This document shows positions 12,834 through 22,122 of a stretch of 64,000 bases of DNA, piece after piece. Position 1 is the first letter of the stretch. Each line of letters starts with the position of its first letter. Both the position numbers and the translations under genes were made by a program. Source of the DNA: a virus; the IMG/VR virus record IMGVR_UViG_3300037348_000049, positions 65,572 through 129,571 of that record. The stretch is one strand, 5' to 3'. The notes beneath the pieces were generated by a model that had not been told where the DNA came from, made no database searches, and was given only the letters and a program-made list of their open reading frames with translations.

Positions 12834-14385
12834 ACGCTCAGTTGAGAACTACGTAATTCTTGGTGGTGGAACAGCTGGGTTGCTAACAGCGCTATACGTA
12901 AGGCAAGTGCTCCCTACTAAAAACGTGATCATCGTAAAATCAGATGAGATAGGAGTAATCGGTGCTGGTGAGGGCACCACTCCTATATTTATTGATCTCT
13001 TGGATTTTCTTAATATACCCGTATCCCGATTAGTCCAAAAAACTGGCGCTACTCTAAAAAATGGTATTAACTTCAAGGGCTGGTCTAAAGACCTCCCGGA
13101 GGAAAATTACTTACATCCCTTTAATGCAGATTTCGGTGCTGGAATATCTAGCTTAGAATCATACGAACACATTAATGGAGTTCACCCAGGGTTTCTTGTA
13201 GCTCGTGATGCGGGGGATTCTCTAAGTGCCGCAGACTTAACTAGCATGTTGGTAGAAGGTCATCAAATCGCGGCGATTGACGAAGGTATCGTTATACAAA
13301 ATGCAGATCCAATCAACAATTACACTCATATGGTGCGGTTTGCACTCCACTTTGATGCTATTGCTCTAAGTAAGGAACTGCTAGCAATTGCAAAATCACG
13401 CAAAATAAAAGTAGTTGAGGGAATTGTCTCAAGTTACGAAAGAGATGACTCTGGAGATGTTAAGAAACTAATTTTAGAAGACTCTACTGAGGTCGAATCA
13501 GATTTCATCTTTGATGCAAGTGGGTTTAAGAGATTTTTTGCAAAAGAGCTAAAAAGCAAGTGGATTAGCCACAAGAAGCATCTCCCAGTAGACGCCGCTA
13601 TTCACTTCTTTCTGCCTACAACGGAAAAAATCTCCGCTGTAACTGATGCAATTGCAATGAAGTACGGTTGGATGTGTAAAATTCCTTTACAGCATAGGTA
13701 CGCATGCGGCTATGCGTTTGATTCTTCCCTAATTACGGCTCAGGAAGCTCAGTCTGAAGTTGAAGAATACTTAGGGCACGACATTGATGTAAATAGAACT
13801 CTCTCTTTTGAGCCGGGGTACTATAAGGATCCCTGGAAAAACAACGTAATATCAGTAGGACTATCTGCGGGATTTATAGAGCCATTAGAAGCAACGTCTA
13901 TAACTTCTTTAATAATGCAGCTCAGGGATGTTCTCCCTTTTACAGAAACAATGAGTAGCATGAATCCAAAAGTTGCGGAACTCTACAATAATAAGTTTGC
14001 AACCCGTAGTGAAGAAATTGCGGCTTTAGTGAATTTTCACTATTTAACTGACCGCGATGATACTGAATTCTGGAGAAAGTTCTCTAGAAAAACCGTAGTA
14101 CCATCCTTGAGCGTAAAACTTGATGTTATGGACGCCAGGGTCTTGCACTATTCAGACGTAGCCCACCCTTTTTGGTCACCAGTTAGTTGGTATTATGTAG
14201 CCTTTGGTGTTAAGTATCAGCCACTCCTCGACTCGATTGATGCAGCGCTAGACAGTGGCATCTTCACTAAGTTTCACTCTAATGAGTACAAAGAGCTTAA
14301 AGGCACTATAGAATCTTTAAAGAGTCATTGCATAGACCATCGAACGTATTTAATTGGACTAGGAGCAAAGCGTTGGACAAACTAA
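12820..14385 (+). CDS. Flavin-dependent (tryptophan-halogenase-like) protein 1
   Basis: GGGTAG, GAGEGT, ATLKNGINF (catalytic-Lys position), FIFDASGF, WMCKIP, FIEPLEATS. Confidence 0.88.
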   Translation: MTTNKRSVENYVILGGGTAGLLTALYVRQVLPTKNVIIVKSDEIGVIGAGEGTTPIFIDLLDFLNIPVSRLVQKTGATLKNGINFKGWSKDLPEENYLHPFNADFGAGISSLESYEHINGVHPGFLVARDAGDSLSAADLTSMLVEGHQIAAIDEGIVIQNADPINNYTHMVRFALHFDAIALSKELLAIAKSRKIKVVEGIVSSYERDDSGDVKKLILEDSTEVESDFIFDASGFKRFFAKELKSKWISHKKHLPVDAAIHFFLPTTEKISAVTDAIAMKYGWMCKIPLQHRYACGYAFDSSLITAQEAQSEVEEYLGHDIDVNRTLSFEPGYYKDPWKNNVISVGLSAGFIEPLEATSITSLIMQLRDVLPFTETMSSMNPKVAELYNNKFATRSEEIAALVNFHYLTDRDDTEFWRKFSRKTVVPSLSVKLDVMDARVLHYSDVAHPFWSPVSWYYVAFGVKYQPLLDSIDAALDSGIFTKFHSNEYKELKGTIESLKSHCIDHRTYLIGLGAKRWTN

Positions 14386-14663
14386 ACTGGTGGGTAGCAT
14401 TAAAAACAATGTGGGCTGGTGGGTACTGGAACAAGGCTAACACTATTGAATTCTATGCCTTCATGATTAAAATTATCATCATCGTTCCGGGTCTTCTTTT
14501 TGGGGTGTCTTGGTGGTGGTTGTATTTGCTGTCTCTTGGCACAAGTATAGCCCTGGTATGGTCTTCTACCGTCAAGACACTTCCAACAATAATCATCTTA
14601 AATATTGCATGGATTTTTATATCACTAACAGTAATAAGTAGAGAGGTCCTAACATGGATGTAG
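14328..14663 (+). CDS. Small multi-pass membrane protein between the halogenases
   Basis: About three hydrophobic segments; overlaps both halogenase genes; true start probably downstream of 14328. Confidence 0.55.
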   Translation: MHRPSNVFNWTRSKALDKLNWWVALKTMWAGGYWNKANTIEFYAFMIKIIIIVPGLLFGVSWWWLYLLSLGTSIALVWSSTVKTLPTIIILNIAWIFISLTVISREVLTWM

Positions 14664-16168
14664 TTATTGCGGGGGGAGGATCTGCGGGGTGGTCTGTTGC
14701 TTGGGCTTTTGCTAGAGGTTCTAAGGTCTCATCTATAACTGTTGTTGAGTCTTCTAGGATAGGAATAATTGGAGTTGGCGAAGCATCTAGTGGCCTGACG
14801 ACTGATCTTTTAACGGACTTTCATACTTTTTCTGACTCTAGGATTATGAATGACGAAATGCCCTTTGACTTTAAGGACTTCTACTCAACAGTGCATGCTA
14901 CCCCAAAGTTTGCGCTAATTCATAAAAATTGGAGTAAAATAAAAAATCACTCCTATGTGGCACCTACTGAGGCACCATTCACGCATACGACGGCTCCAGA
15001 TCTTGGATACTTAGCTTGCGTTGGCAAGTGGGGGGGTAGAGGTGCCCACCTATCTTCTGCACTAGGAATTGCGCAGGCTCTTGACAAATGGCCGCTTGGC
15101 GATGACCCCGGCGGGATCCAATTTGACGCCAATGAGTATAGTAAATATCTAAAGGAATTCTTGACTAAAGATCCACGAGTAAAAGTAATAGACGCAGATA
15201 TTGAAGATGCAGAACTAGACTCTCGGGGGTATATTAAAAACATTGTACTAAAAGATGGATCTCGTATAGAGGGTGACTTTTTTGTAGACTGTACTGGTTT
15301 TAAACGAGTTCTAGGAAAGAAAATTGACGTAGGTTGGAACTCCTATGCAGATGTCTTACCAGTCGACAGAGCCATGCCTTTTATTGAGGAATATAAATCT
15401 TTTGAAAAAGAAATCCCGGTTGGTACTGCAACCGGCATGAACGCTGGTTGGATGTGGCAAGCTAACTTAAATCATAGACGTGGTATGGGGTATGTGTACT
15501 CTAGTCAGTTTATTTCAGATGAAGATGCGGTTAAAGAGGTCGAGAAGCTCCGTGGACGCAAAGTAGATCCTGTAGCTTTTATGAAGTTTGATTCTGGTTC
15601 TGTTAATGATTTCTGGAAAAAGAACTGCCTTGTTGTTGGACTGGCTGCATCATTCATAGAGCCATTAGAAGCAACATCACTACACGCAACCATGATGCAG
15701 GCTATAACTTTTGTTAGAGAATACTTGGGTCCAGATGTTGAAAAGACAATAAATTCTGGTTCTATGTATTTCTACAATAAGCAAACTAAAGAAATGTATG
15801 AGCACTACAAAGACTTTGTTGTGTTCCACTATCAGGGTGGTAGAACTGACACCCCATTTTGGCAGCACATAACCAATGACAAGTTGTCAACTCCTGTCGT
15901 CGATGCTTACATTGAGAAAGTTCAAGCACGTTCACCTGGACGATACATGTTTAATGATATATGGAACGTAGATGCTCTTTGGAAATGGACCGCAACAGGC
16001 CTCGGATTTTTTACTCAAAAGCAAGCAAGAGCTGAGCTGGACTTTCTCGATCTTAAATATATAGCAAATAGGGAGTTCCACGATTTCTATGACTCAATCG
16101 AGTCCGAGCTGCTAAAAACTGATTTGAAGTTTCAATTCGCACCTAAAGGAAGAGACCTTAAAAAGTGA
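14654..16168 (+). CDS. Flavin-dependent (tryptophan-halogenase-like) protein 2
   Basis: GGGSAG, GVGEAS, ATPKF, FFVDCTGF, WMWQAN, FIEPLEATS. Confidence 0.88.
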   Translation: MDVVIAGGGSAGWSVAWAFARGSKVSSITVVESSRIGIIGVGEASSGLTTDLLTDFHTFSDSRIMNDEMPFDFKDFYSTVHATPKFALIHKNWSKIKNHSYVAPTEAPFTHTTAPDLGYLACVGKWGGRGAHLSSALGIAQALDKWPLGDDPGGIQFDANEYSKYLKEFLTKDPRVKVIDADIEDAELDSRGYIKNIVLKDGSRIEGDFFVDCTGFKRVLGKKIDVGWNSYADVLPVDRAMPFIEEYKSFEKEIPVGTATGMNAGWMWQANLNHRRGMGYVYSSQFISDEDAVKEVEKLRGRKVDPVAFMKFDSGSVNDFWKKNCLVVGLAASFIEPLEATSLHATMMQAITFVREYLGPDVEKTINSGSMYFYNKQTKEMYEHYKDFVVFHYQGGRTDTPFWQHITNDKLSTPVVDAYIEKVQARSPGRYMFNDIWNVDALWKWTATGLGFFTQKQARAELDFLDLKYIANREFHDFYDSIESELLKTDLKFQFAPKGRDLKK

Positions 16169-16419
16169 ACGATGAAGAACTGATGCAAACTGGAGCAAAG
16201 CTTGAAAGAGAGAGACTTGCTAGAATCGCTATGGGTGAAGGGCTTAGGAATGAAGACGAATCTCGTAGAGCTAGAACTTTTGCAGCAGCTGGAGAAGTCT
16301 CGGAACGTAAACGTCTATTGAGACTTTTTGAAGAGTGCAGGGAAAGAGATGACCACCCCGAATGGGCTGAGTGGGCAATCAAGATAATAACTACGCACAA
16401 AGATCACAGATACCTCTAA
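16165..16419 (+). CDS. Hypothetical helical protein
   Basis: Coupled to upstream gene (4-nt overlap); ERxR motifs. Confidence 0.55.
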   Translation: MNDEELMQTGAKLERERLARIAMGEGLRNEDESRRARTFAAAGEVSERKRLLRLFEECRERDDHPEWAEWAIKIITTHKDHRYL

Positions 16420-16460
16420 ATCTGAGCTAAAAACTATTTCAGTAATGTATAGTTAATATC

Positions 16461-17195
16461 GTGAATAATGAAATCAAGTTCAGAGACGATATGACCGTTC
16501 AGCTCGTACAGAGCATGGGAGACGACATGTCTGTTGTAAACGCTGCCCGTGTATCTACAATTGGGGACGCTGCTAGCCCCGGTGAAAATAACTACGCATC
16601 AGGTGACCTCTCCTCTAAGGATAGAGGGCTAATTAATTACCTCATGCGTGATCGTCACGGTACCCCTTTTGAGCACAACGCTTTTACGTTTTTTGTCGAG
16701 GCTCCAATCTTTGTCTTCCGTGAATTCATGAGACACCGAGTCGCAAGCTACAACGAGGAATCCGGTCGCTATAAGGAATTGGCTCCCGTGTTCTATATCC
16801 CAAACGAAGAGAGAAAGCTTGTTCAGGTTGGTAAACCTGGGGCCTACACCTTCGAAGAGGGTACTTATGATCAAAAGAAACTAGTACCAGCTGCTATGAA
16901 GCGTGCTGTAAAAGAGTCATACATTGCATATCAGGAGATGCTGGATAAAGGTGTTGCCCGTGAAGTTGCTAGAGGCGTCCTCCCAGTGAACATTTATAGC
17001 TCTATGTTTGTGACCATGAATGCCAGAGCTCTTATGAACTTCCTCTCACTACGTACTATGCGAGAAGGGACAATGTTCCCCTCTTACCCTCAGAGGGAGA
17101 TAGAAATGGTTGCAGAGATAATGGAAGACCTCTTTGCGGAGAAGATGCCAGTTACATACGAAACTTTTAACAAGAATGGTAGAGTAGCACCTTAA
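16461..17195 (+). CDS. thyX: Flavin-dependent thymidylate synthase
   Basis: HGTPFEH, RHRVASYNEESGRY signature, AR..LP, N.RAL.NF..LR. Confidence 0.96.
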   Translation: MNNEIKFRDDMTVQLVQSMGDDMSVVNAARVSTIGDAASPGENNYASGDLSSKDRGLINYLMRDRHGTPFEHNAFTFFVEAPIFVFREFMRHRVASYNEESGRYKELAPVFYIPNEERKLVQVGKPGAYTFEEGTYDQKKLVPAAMKRAVKESYIAYQEMLDKGVAREVARGVLPVNIYSSMFVTMNARALMNFLSLRTMREGTMFPSYPQREIEMVAEIMEDLFAEKMPVTYETFNKNGRVAP

Positions 17196-17207
17196 GTTAT
17201 AAGTTGC

Positions 17208-17480
17208 TTATTTTTTGGGGTACTTGCGTTCTTTATCTGTACCATCAAAGATATAGCCGTCACCGTCACCGTCGCGTGGCAAGTCTTCTTCGAGCTTCTC
17301 GTATCGGAAAGGCCAAAAGGTAATCCACCAAGCAATAAGGGTAAACATGATTAAGTTACCAGTGATTGTCTTGGCATCGCCCTCAAGGACTAGCCAACCG
17401 ATGATAAGTGCTACTAGTGTCCACGCTTGATCGATAGTGTCCTTAAGTAGTTCTTTCAGGAAGTGAAAGATAGTTTTCAT
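17208..17480 (-). CDS. Two-TM membrane protein with DGDGDG tail
   Basis: Hydrophobic helices; DxDxDG motif; downstream of the 17528-19555 gene. Confidence 0.6.
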   Translation of the reverse strand: MKTIFHFLKELLKDTIDQAWTLVALIIGWLVLEGDAKTITGNLIMFTLIAWWITFWPFRYEKLEEDLPRDGDGDGYIFDGTDKERKYPKK

Positions 17481-17527
17481 TTATAGATTACTTTCTGCTC
17501 GTTTGATTTTTAGAAGGCCGAAGTACA

Positions 17528-19555
17528 TTATTTAGATCTCTTTACTGTTCTGGATCGGGACGAAGTTCCACTGGATGAGGCAAAGGCGGAAGAGGTGGCA
17601 GCGGCGGTTGCTGCAGTCTGTGCGACTGTGCTAACTATGACTGCTGCTACAACTACTTCCTCTGACTCTTCGCGAACTTCTGGGGACATGTCTGCTCCGA
17701 GGTTTCCTATGTCGTTAAAGACTTCAAGAACTGCTGCTGTTGCTGCACCAACTAGAGGAATCGCTGCAAGCTCTTTTGGCATCTCGGGGTCGTCAGCCTC
17801 GGCAACTATCGACAGAGCTTCAAGGGCTGCTTCGTAAACTATAGATCCCTGTGGCGCAGTTTGGAAAGCCTGGAAAGCTGCTTCCTTAACTGAGGTCTGT
17901 TGCTCGTTAGTTAAAATCCGGGGATTCTTAATCTGTGCAATTTCTCTAACCGCTGCTTTAATGTTCTCTGCTGTAACTGGCTCTTTAATCTCTACAACAA
18001 CTGGCTCCTTTTTAGGCTTTGGGGTTGCAACTTTTGTCGCGGTGGGGGTAGGTTTGGCCGTAGGCGTATTAAAAATAGGGGGGACTGTATCCAGAGTGGC
18101 TATGGGTTTTGAAGTCGGGGCTGGGGTGGACTGTGGAGTCTGCTTTGTTTTTGTTGGTGTGGGTGTGGAGGTCGGAGTGGGGGTCGGAGTGGGGGTCGGC
18201 TTAACAGGATTAGAGTCAAGGATAGGGTCATTTTTCTTTACTGGCTCTTGAGTATTAGTTGGGGTCGGTGTCGGTGTCGGTGTCGGGGTTGGGGTTGGGA
18301 TTGGATCTGCGGTCTGGGTTGGAGGTTGCAACTGTGTTGGAGGTTGAGTCGGTGTGGGTGTGAGTGTTGGGGTCAATGTCGGAGTCGGGGTCGGAGTTGG
18401 CTCTTGAGTTGGCTCTTGAGTTGGGGTGGGGGCTGGCCCGGCAACTATAAAGTCTGCAGTGACAGATTGTGGAGAGTAGACAGCGAACGAATCGTTATCT
18501 CCGCGAATTTTAAATGTATAGAGAATATCTAGCCCGCCCGTGGATTCAAACAAAGACCTTGACAGAGTGAAAGTCTCCACATCACCAATGGCGGCCACTG
18601 CCCAATTGTTGAAAAATACTGCGTAGCGCTCTACTGGTGTCCAACCCGTAGCCGATCTATCCCAACTAAGAGTTACGTCTCCGCTTGTAGTATCTTGTGT
18701 CACTGCTAGATTCTGCGGTTCGGCGATTGTCCGATTAGGTAGTTCGTATAATGCGTCAGCATTAGCCTGGGTAGTTGCGTTAAGCGATATATTGAAATCT
18801 GTGGACGCTTGGTTAAAAGTTATTACTGCTTGATCTCTAACTGTTTCTAAGTTTGTTGTAGTGTCTGGGTTGGACTCGTAATCATAACTAGTAGTTGCGT
18901 CAACAAGATTAGAACCCGCGGTGTTCTTTGCATCGTTAGCTAAGATGACATCAGCGTCTAATGAATCAACGAGTGCTTGAGCAACTAAGAAAGTTTGGTA
19001 GGCAGCATCTGAGTTAGTGAAGTCTCCGGTGGACGTGTCACTATCTAACGCTGCTTGATACTCGGAGTAGGCAGTATCTCTATCTAGCTCTGCCTGCAAG
19101 TAGTCTGAGTAGAATCCATCGTAAATAACTACTGCATCATCAAAAGTTGTTTGAGCTGTATCCCGAGAACTTAATGCAGCACTTATAACGAACGGCTGAG
19201 CGTTAACCGCTAGCTCTGCAGTATCAGCTACGCTACCTGTCGAGTCGTAAGTGCTAACTGCTAAAGACAGAGAAGAGACTGCAGAAGAAAAAGATGACAC
19301 TGCGGCGGTTGCTGCGTCAAGTTCCGGTAAATCATCGGGAGTGTAAGTTTGATAGTAAGTAGCTACATCGTTCAGTGTTGACTGGTAAGTTGAGAGATCC
19401 TGCTGCTGGGCCGATAAGTTCTGCTGGGGTGTCGCACTTCCAGACGCGCTTAGTACTGGCCATAGTGCTGGAATGAAAGCAAAAGATATTGCTACATAGA
19501 TGCGTGTCGATATGGCAAACTTACTACGACCACTACTCCGGTTTTTTCTAATCAA
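17528..19555 (-). CDS. Secreted/membrane-anchored protein: signal peptide, coiled coil, Fn3-like domain, Pro/Thr linker, C-terminal anchor
   Basis: N-terminal hydrophobic signal, PQNL.V...VTLSW (Fn3-like), long PT repeats, C-terminal VVVAAVIVS. Confidence 0.7.
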   Translation of the reverse strand: MIRKNRSSGRSKFAISTRIYVAISFAFIPALWPVLSASGSATPQQNLSAQQQDLSTYQSTLNDVATYYQTYTPDDLPELDAATAAVSSFSSAVSSLSLAVSTYDSTGSVADTAELAVNAQPFVISAALSSRDTAQTTFDDAVVIYDGFYSDYLQAELDRDTAYSEYQAALDSDTSTGDFTNSDAAYQTFLVAQALVDSLDADVILANDAKNTAGSNLVDATTSYDYESNPDTTTNLETVRDQAVITFNQASTDFNISLNATTQANADALYELPNRTIAEPQNLAVTQDTTSGDVTLSWDRSATGWTPVERYAVFFNNWAVAAIGDVETFTLSRSLFESTGGLDILYTFKIRGDNDSFAVYSPQSVTADFIVAGPAPTPTQEPTQEPTPTPTPTLTPTLTPTPTQPPTQLQPPTQTADPIPTPTPTPTPTPTPTNTQEPVKKNDPILDSNPVKPTPTPTPTPTSTPTPTKTKQTPQSTPAPTSKPIATLDTVPPIFNTPTAKPTPTATKVATPKPKKEPVVVEIKEPVTAENIKAAVREIAQIKNPRILTNEQQTSVKEAAFQAFQTAPQGSIVYEAALEALSIVAEADDPEMPKELAAIPLVGAATAAVLEVFNDIGNLGADMSPEVREESEEVVVAAVIVSTVAQTAATAAATSSAFASSSGTSSRSRTVKRSK
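18040..18440 (-). repeat. Degenerate Pro-Thr tandem repeats
   Basis: Repeated GTCGG(T/A)GTCGG / GTTGGGGT hexamers encoding PTPTPT on the minus strand. Confidence 0.85.
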
Positions 19556-19724
19556 TCTGAGGCCTTGTATGCTTGGCCCTCCCCAGGGAGCTAATTAATT
19601 TTATCAGATTTACGGGTTTTCGATTAGAGCTTGAGAAGTTGCAGAGTATTGATAGACTATTTGCATCGTTAAGATAAAAAATGCAAAATTGATTGAGATT
19701 ACTTAGAGATGGTAGAGTGGCACA

Positions 19725-20045
19725 ATGAGCCTAAATGACTTTGAAAACGTAAACATACCCGAGGATAAACCTGACTCAGAGGTAATAACTATAGACACTT
19801 CTGACTATCTGGCAAAAAAAGAGCTGATGCTAACTTCCTTAGATTCTCTAGTTGACAGCTCCGCGCAAGTGGGTTTTGAAATCGGAGAATCAGCGGCCTA
19901 CGCAACAATATTCACGTTGATTGATTCTTTTACTGAGAAATTAGAATCTAGCGAAACTGATGCAATCAAGACTCTTGCTATACTCAAGGAGATGATTATC
20001 CAAGATCGTAGTCAAAATCTAGAAGAAACTGCTGAAGACGATTAA
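19725..20045 (+). CDS. Hypothetical protein
   Basis: TAGAGT -10 six nt upstream (leaderless). Confidence 0.6.
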   Translation: MSLNDFENVNIPEDKPDSEVITIDTSDYLAKKELMLTSLDSLVDSSAQVGFEIGESAAYATIFTLIDSFTEKLESSETDAIKTLAILKEMIIQDRSQNLEETAEDD

Positions 20046-20053
20046 CAAGATTT

Positions 20054-20129
20054 TCCGCCTCTAGTTCAAGGGCAGAGCAGCGTTGGAGTTATCTAGCGTG
20101 GGTTCCTGGTTCGAATCCAGGGGGGCGGA
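20054..20129 (+). tRNA. Non-canonical tRNA-like RNA (8/4 fold, enlarged anticodon arm, no encoded CCA)
   Basis: TCCGCCTC/GGGGCGGA acceptor, GTTC/GAGC D-stem, CTGG-TTCGAAT-CCAG T-arm; 20-nt anticodon arm around GTT. Confidence 0.65.
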
Positions 20130-20169
20130 CTTTAAGGTATAATTATGTGTACTGCTAATGAAAGGCTAA

Positions 20170-20415
20170 GTGTTGAGCTCTGATCTAAACGAGGGAACAG
20201 TGACTGAAGCAAACCTGTCAGGTATTATGCAGAGTAAGGTTGATGTGGAAAGGGCTCTAAGTTCTGCTTATGATGCTGCTGCGGCTATTGGTCTAGAAAT
20301 TGGAATCCATCAAGAAAGGTCCAGAGTCCTTTCGGAACTTGAATTGCTATACTCAAATGTAGAAGACACTAGTCTTCGCGAAATGATTGCCCACATAAAA
20401 ATCTTAGTAGGGTAG
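20170..20415 (+). CDS. Hypothetical protein
   Basis: ORF in co-directional run. Confidence 0.5.
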   Translation: MLSSDLNEGTVTEANLSGIMQSKVDVERALSSAYDAAAAIGLEIGIHQERSRVLSELELLYSNVEDTSLREMIAHIKILVG

Positions 20416-20432
20416 TACACTTAGGAGTAATC

Positions 20433-20747
20433 ATGATTAAACTTGAAGAAGTAAACTATAACAACCAGGTTTCTTTGCTGACATATTTACATCAGAGGGA
20501 GATTCTGGACACTCCTACGCAAGGTTTCTACGTTCCACTTTTCTCCCAGTATGGAAAAGAAATACAGCAGTGCCACCAAGTAACTTACCGACTATTGCCA
20601 AGGCCTGAGTACCACATGGGAACAGTTGAGACAGCTTATAAAGCTCTTTTGAGGTTGCACGACATGGTTTTTGATGTAGAGGCTAAGCATTATTGGGATT
20701 TAGAGCAGCTAGAGTCGGACTCCCTAGTCTACAAGGCAAATAGGTAA
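20433..20747 (+). CDS. Hypothetical protein
   Basis: AGGAG RBS; co-directional run. Confidence 0.6.
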   Translation: MIKLEEVNYNNQVSLLTYLHQREILDTPTQGFYVPLFSQYGKEIQQCHQVTYRLLPRPEYHMGTVETAYKALLRLHDMVFDVEAKHYWDLEQLESDSLVYKANR

Positions 20748-20749
20748 GC

Positions 20750-21022
20750 ATGTCTACAATGCAATGCGAGCATGGGATTGCTCACTCTGGAGAGGTGCAC
20801 GCTGGGTGTGATGGGTGCTGTGCAATATTTGAGGGTTGGATAATCTCTGAAAGACAACGCATGATGGGTCTAATTGAAGATATGGGTCTAATTCTTGCAA
20901 GACGAGACACCGGCGTAGAGGTGGGAGAAAAAATTTACGACGCTGTTTATGGTGCTCTCCAGCCCGAAGATGCGGAACAGGTCCAAACAGAATTTGATTC
21001 TGGGGAATTTGACGCTGAGTAA
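20750..21022 (+). CDS. Hypothetical Cys/His-rich protein
   Basis: CEHG..H...H..CDGCC. Confidence 0.55.
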   Translation: MSTMQCEHGIAHSGEVHAGCDGCCAIFEGWIISERQRMMGLIEDMGLILARRDTGVEVGEKIYDAVYGALQPEDAEQVQTEFDSGEFDAE

Positions 21023-21208
21023 ATAATCTGTTACTATCTATCTCACCAACACAAAAGAGAAAGAATAGACAGATGAGTGATTTTGAATATAGAGATAACC
21101 AGGTTTCCGAAATCTATGCGAAGCTAGAAGTAGCTAAAATGTTAATCAAGCTTGGCACAGAAATGGCTGAGCAGGCTACAACCGATATTCAATTTTATAG
21201 GATAACTA

Positions 21209-21448
21209 ATGACTCAAATAAATAGGACTAAGGGCCCTCTGATATCAATCAGTGATGCTGCAAAGATGGGAGATGTCAGTCAAGAAACTATAAGAAAATA
21301 CGTCAAGCAAGGCATACTGGAGACAGAATTTGACGGAGGGATGATTTACTATCGTGAACTACTTAAGGCATCCTGGGAGACGAAACAACGCCACATGATT
21401 AGTAATGCTGGTGACAATAATTACAGGAGGCAACAAAATAATGTCTGA
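21209..21448 (+). CDS. MerR/excisionase-like HTH protein
   Basis: ISISDAAKMGDVSQETIRKYVKQG; paralog of 23337-23561. Confidence 0.7.
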   Translation: MTQINRTKGPLISISDAAKMGDVSQETIRKYVKQGILETEFDGGMIYYRELLKASWETKQRHMISNAGDNNYRRQQNNV

Positions 21449-21647
21449 GTGTGATCTACACGACTGGTACTTTGATGCAGATGATGATATAGGATGCCCC
21501 GTATGTTACGGGATCTCTATAGAGCGTAAACGGATTATTGATCTAATGTATGTGAAAGCTGCTAATCGTAATATCTTTGAGGCCCTAGAGCATCCGTACT
21601 CTGCGAAAGAGCTAGAGGATATGATCAGGGAGGGACAAGATGACTGA
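21441..21647 (+). CDS. Hypothetical protein
   Basis: C..H....CPVC; overlaps neighbours. Confidence 0.55.
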   Translation: MSECDLHDWYFDADDDIGCPVCYGISIERKRIIDLMYVKAANRNIFEALEHPYSAKELEDMIREGQDD

Positions 21648-21918
21648 GCCAAACGAATACCTAGGCTCACTTGATCCGGATGAGTTCCAGGCGGAGGAAG
21701 ATTTCTTAAACAACCACTGGGCCAACGACATGCTTGACGCTCCGCACGCTTTGATTGCGGTCATAGAGACCAAGATAGCCAGAGCGGTAATTGCAGAGCG
21801 TAACGAAATATACAAAGAGATTGATAAGCACTTTCGGCTATTTGACGGAGAATCAATTTCGCACAAAATCAGCGAAGCGGAGCTTATAACGTTGATAAAT
21901 GAGGCACCACATGACTAA
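21640..21918 (+). CDS. Hypothetical protein
   Basis: GGAGGG RBS; coupled ORF. Confidence 0.55.
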   Translation: MTEPNEYLGSLDPDEFQAEEDFLNNHWANDMLDAPHALIAVIETKIARAVIAERNEIYKEIDKHFRLFDGESISHKISEAELITLINEAPHD

Positions 21919-22059
21919 GCAAGCGTTCGGAAATCCCGAACAGTTCAAGTTGTACAAGATGTACAAGTCAGCAAAATGTCACACTAAACGCCGATTTGTC
22001 CTGCATACTTTGCACCTAAATACCACTTATGTCCAAACTATAACGTTTTCGTTATCCTT

Positions 22060-22100
22060 TTGACAGTCCACTAAAGTGGAGAAACTTCCACTAAAGTGGA
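22060..22100 (+). promoter_or_regulatory. Promoter -35 followed by a tandem palindromic operator
   Basis: TTGACA 22060-22065; TCCACTAAAGTGGA at 22067-22080 and 22087-22100. Confidence 0.65.
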
Positions 22101-22122
22101 CGAACCTGGTATTAGAGAGGAG

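Noticed and set aside
13345-20543. Isolated TCCACTTT matches inside coding regions (about 13346 and 20534)
   Set aside because: About two chance 8-mer hits are expected in 64 kb, and they lack the rest of the motif.
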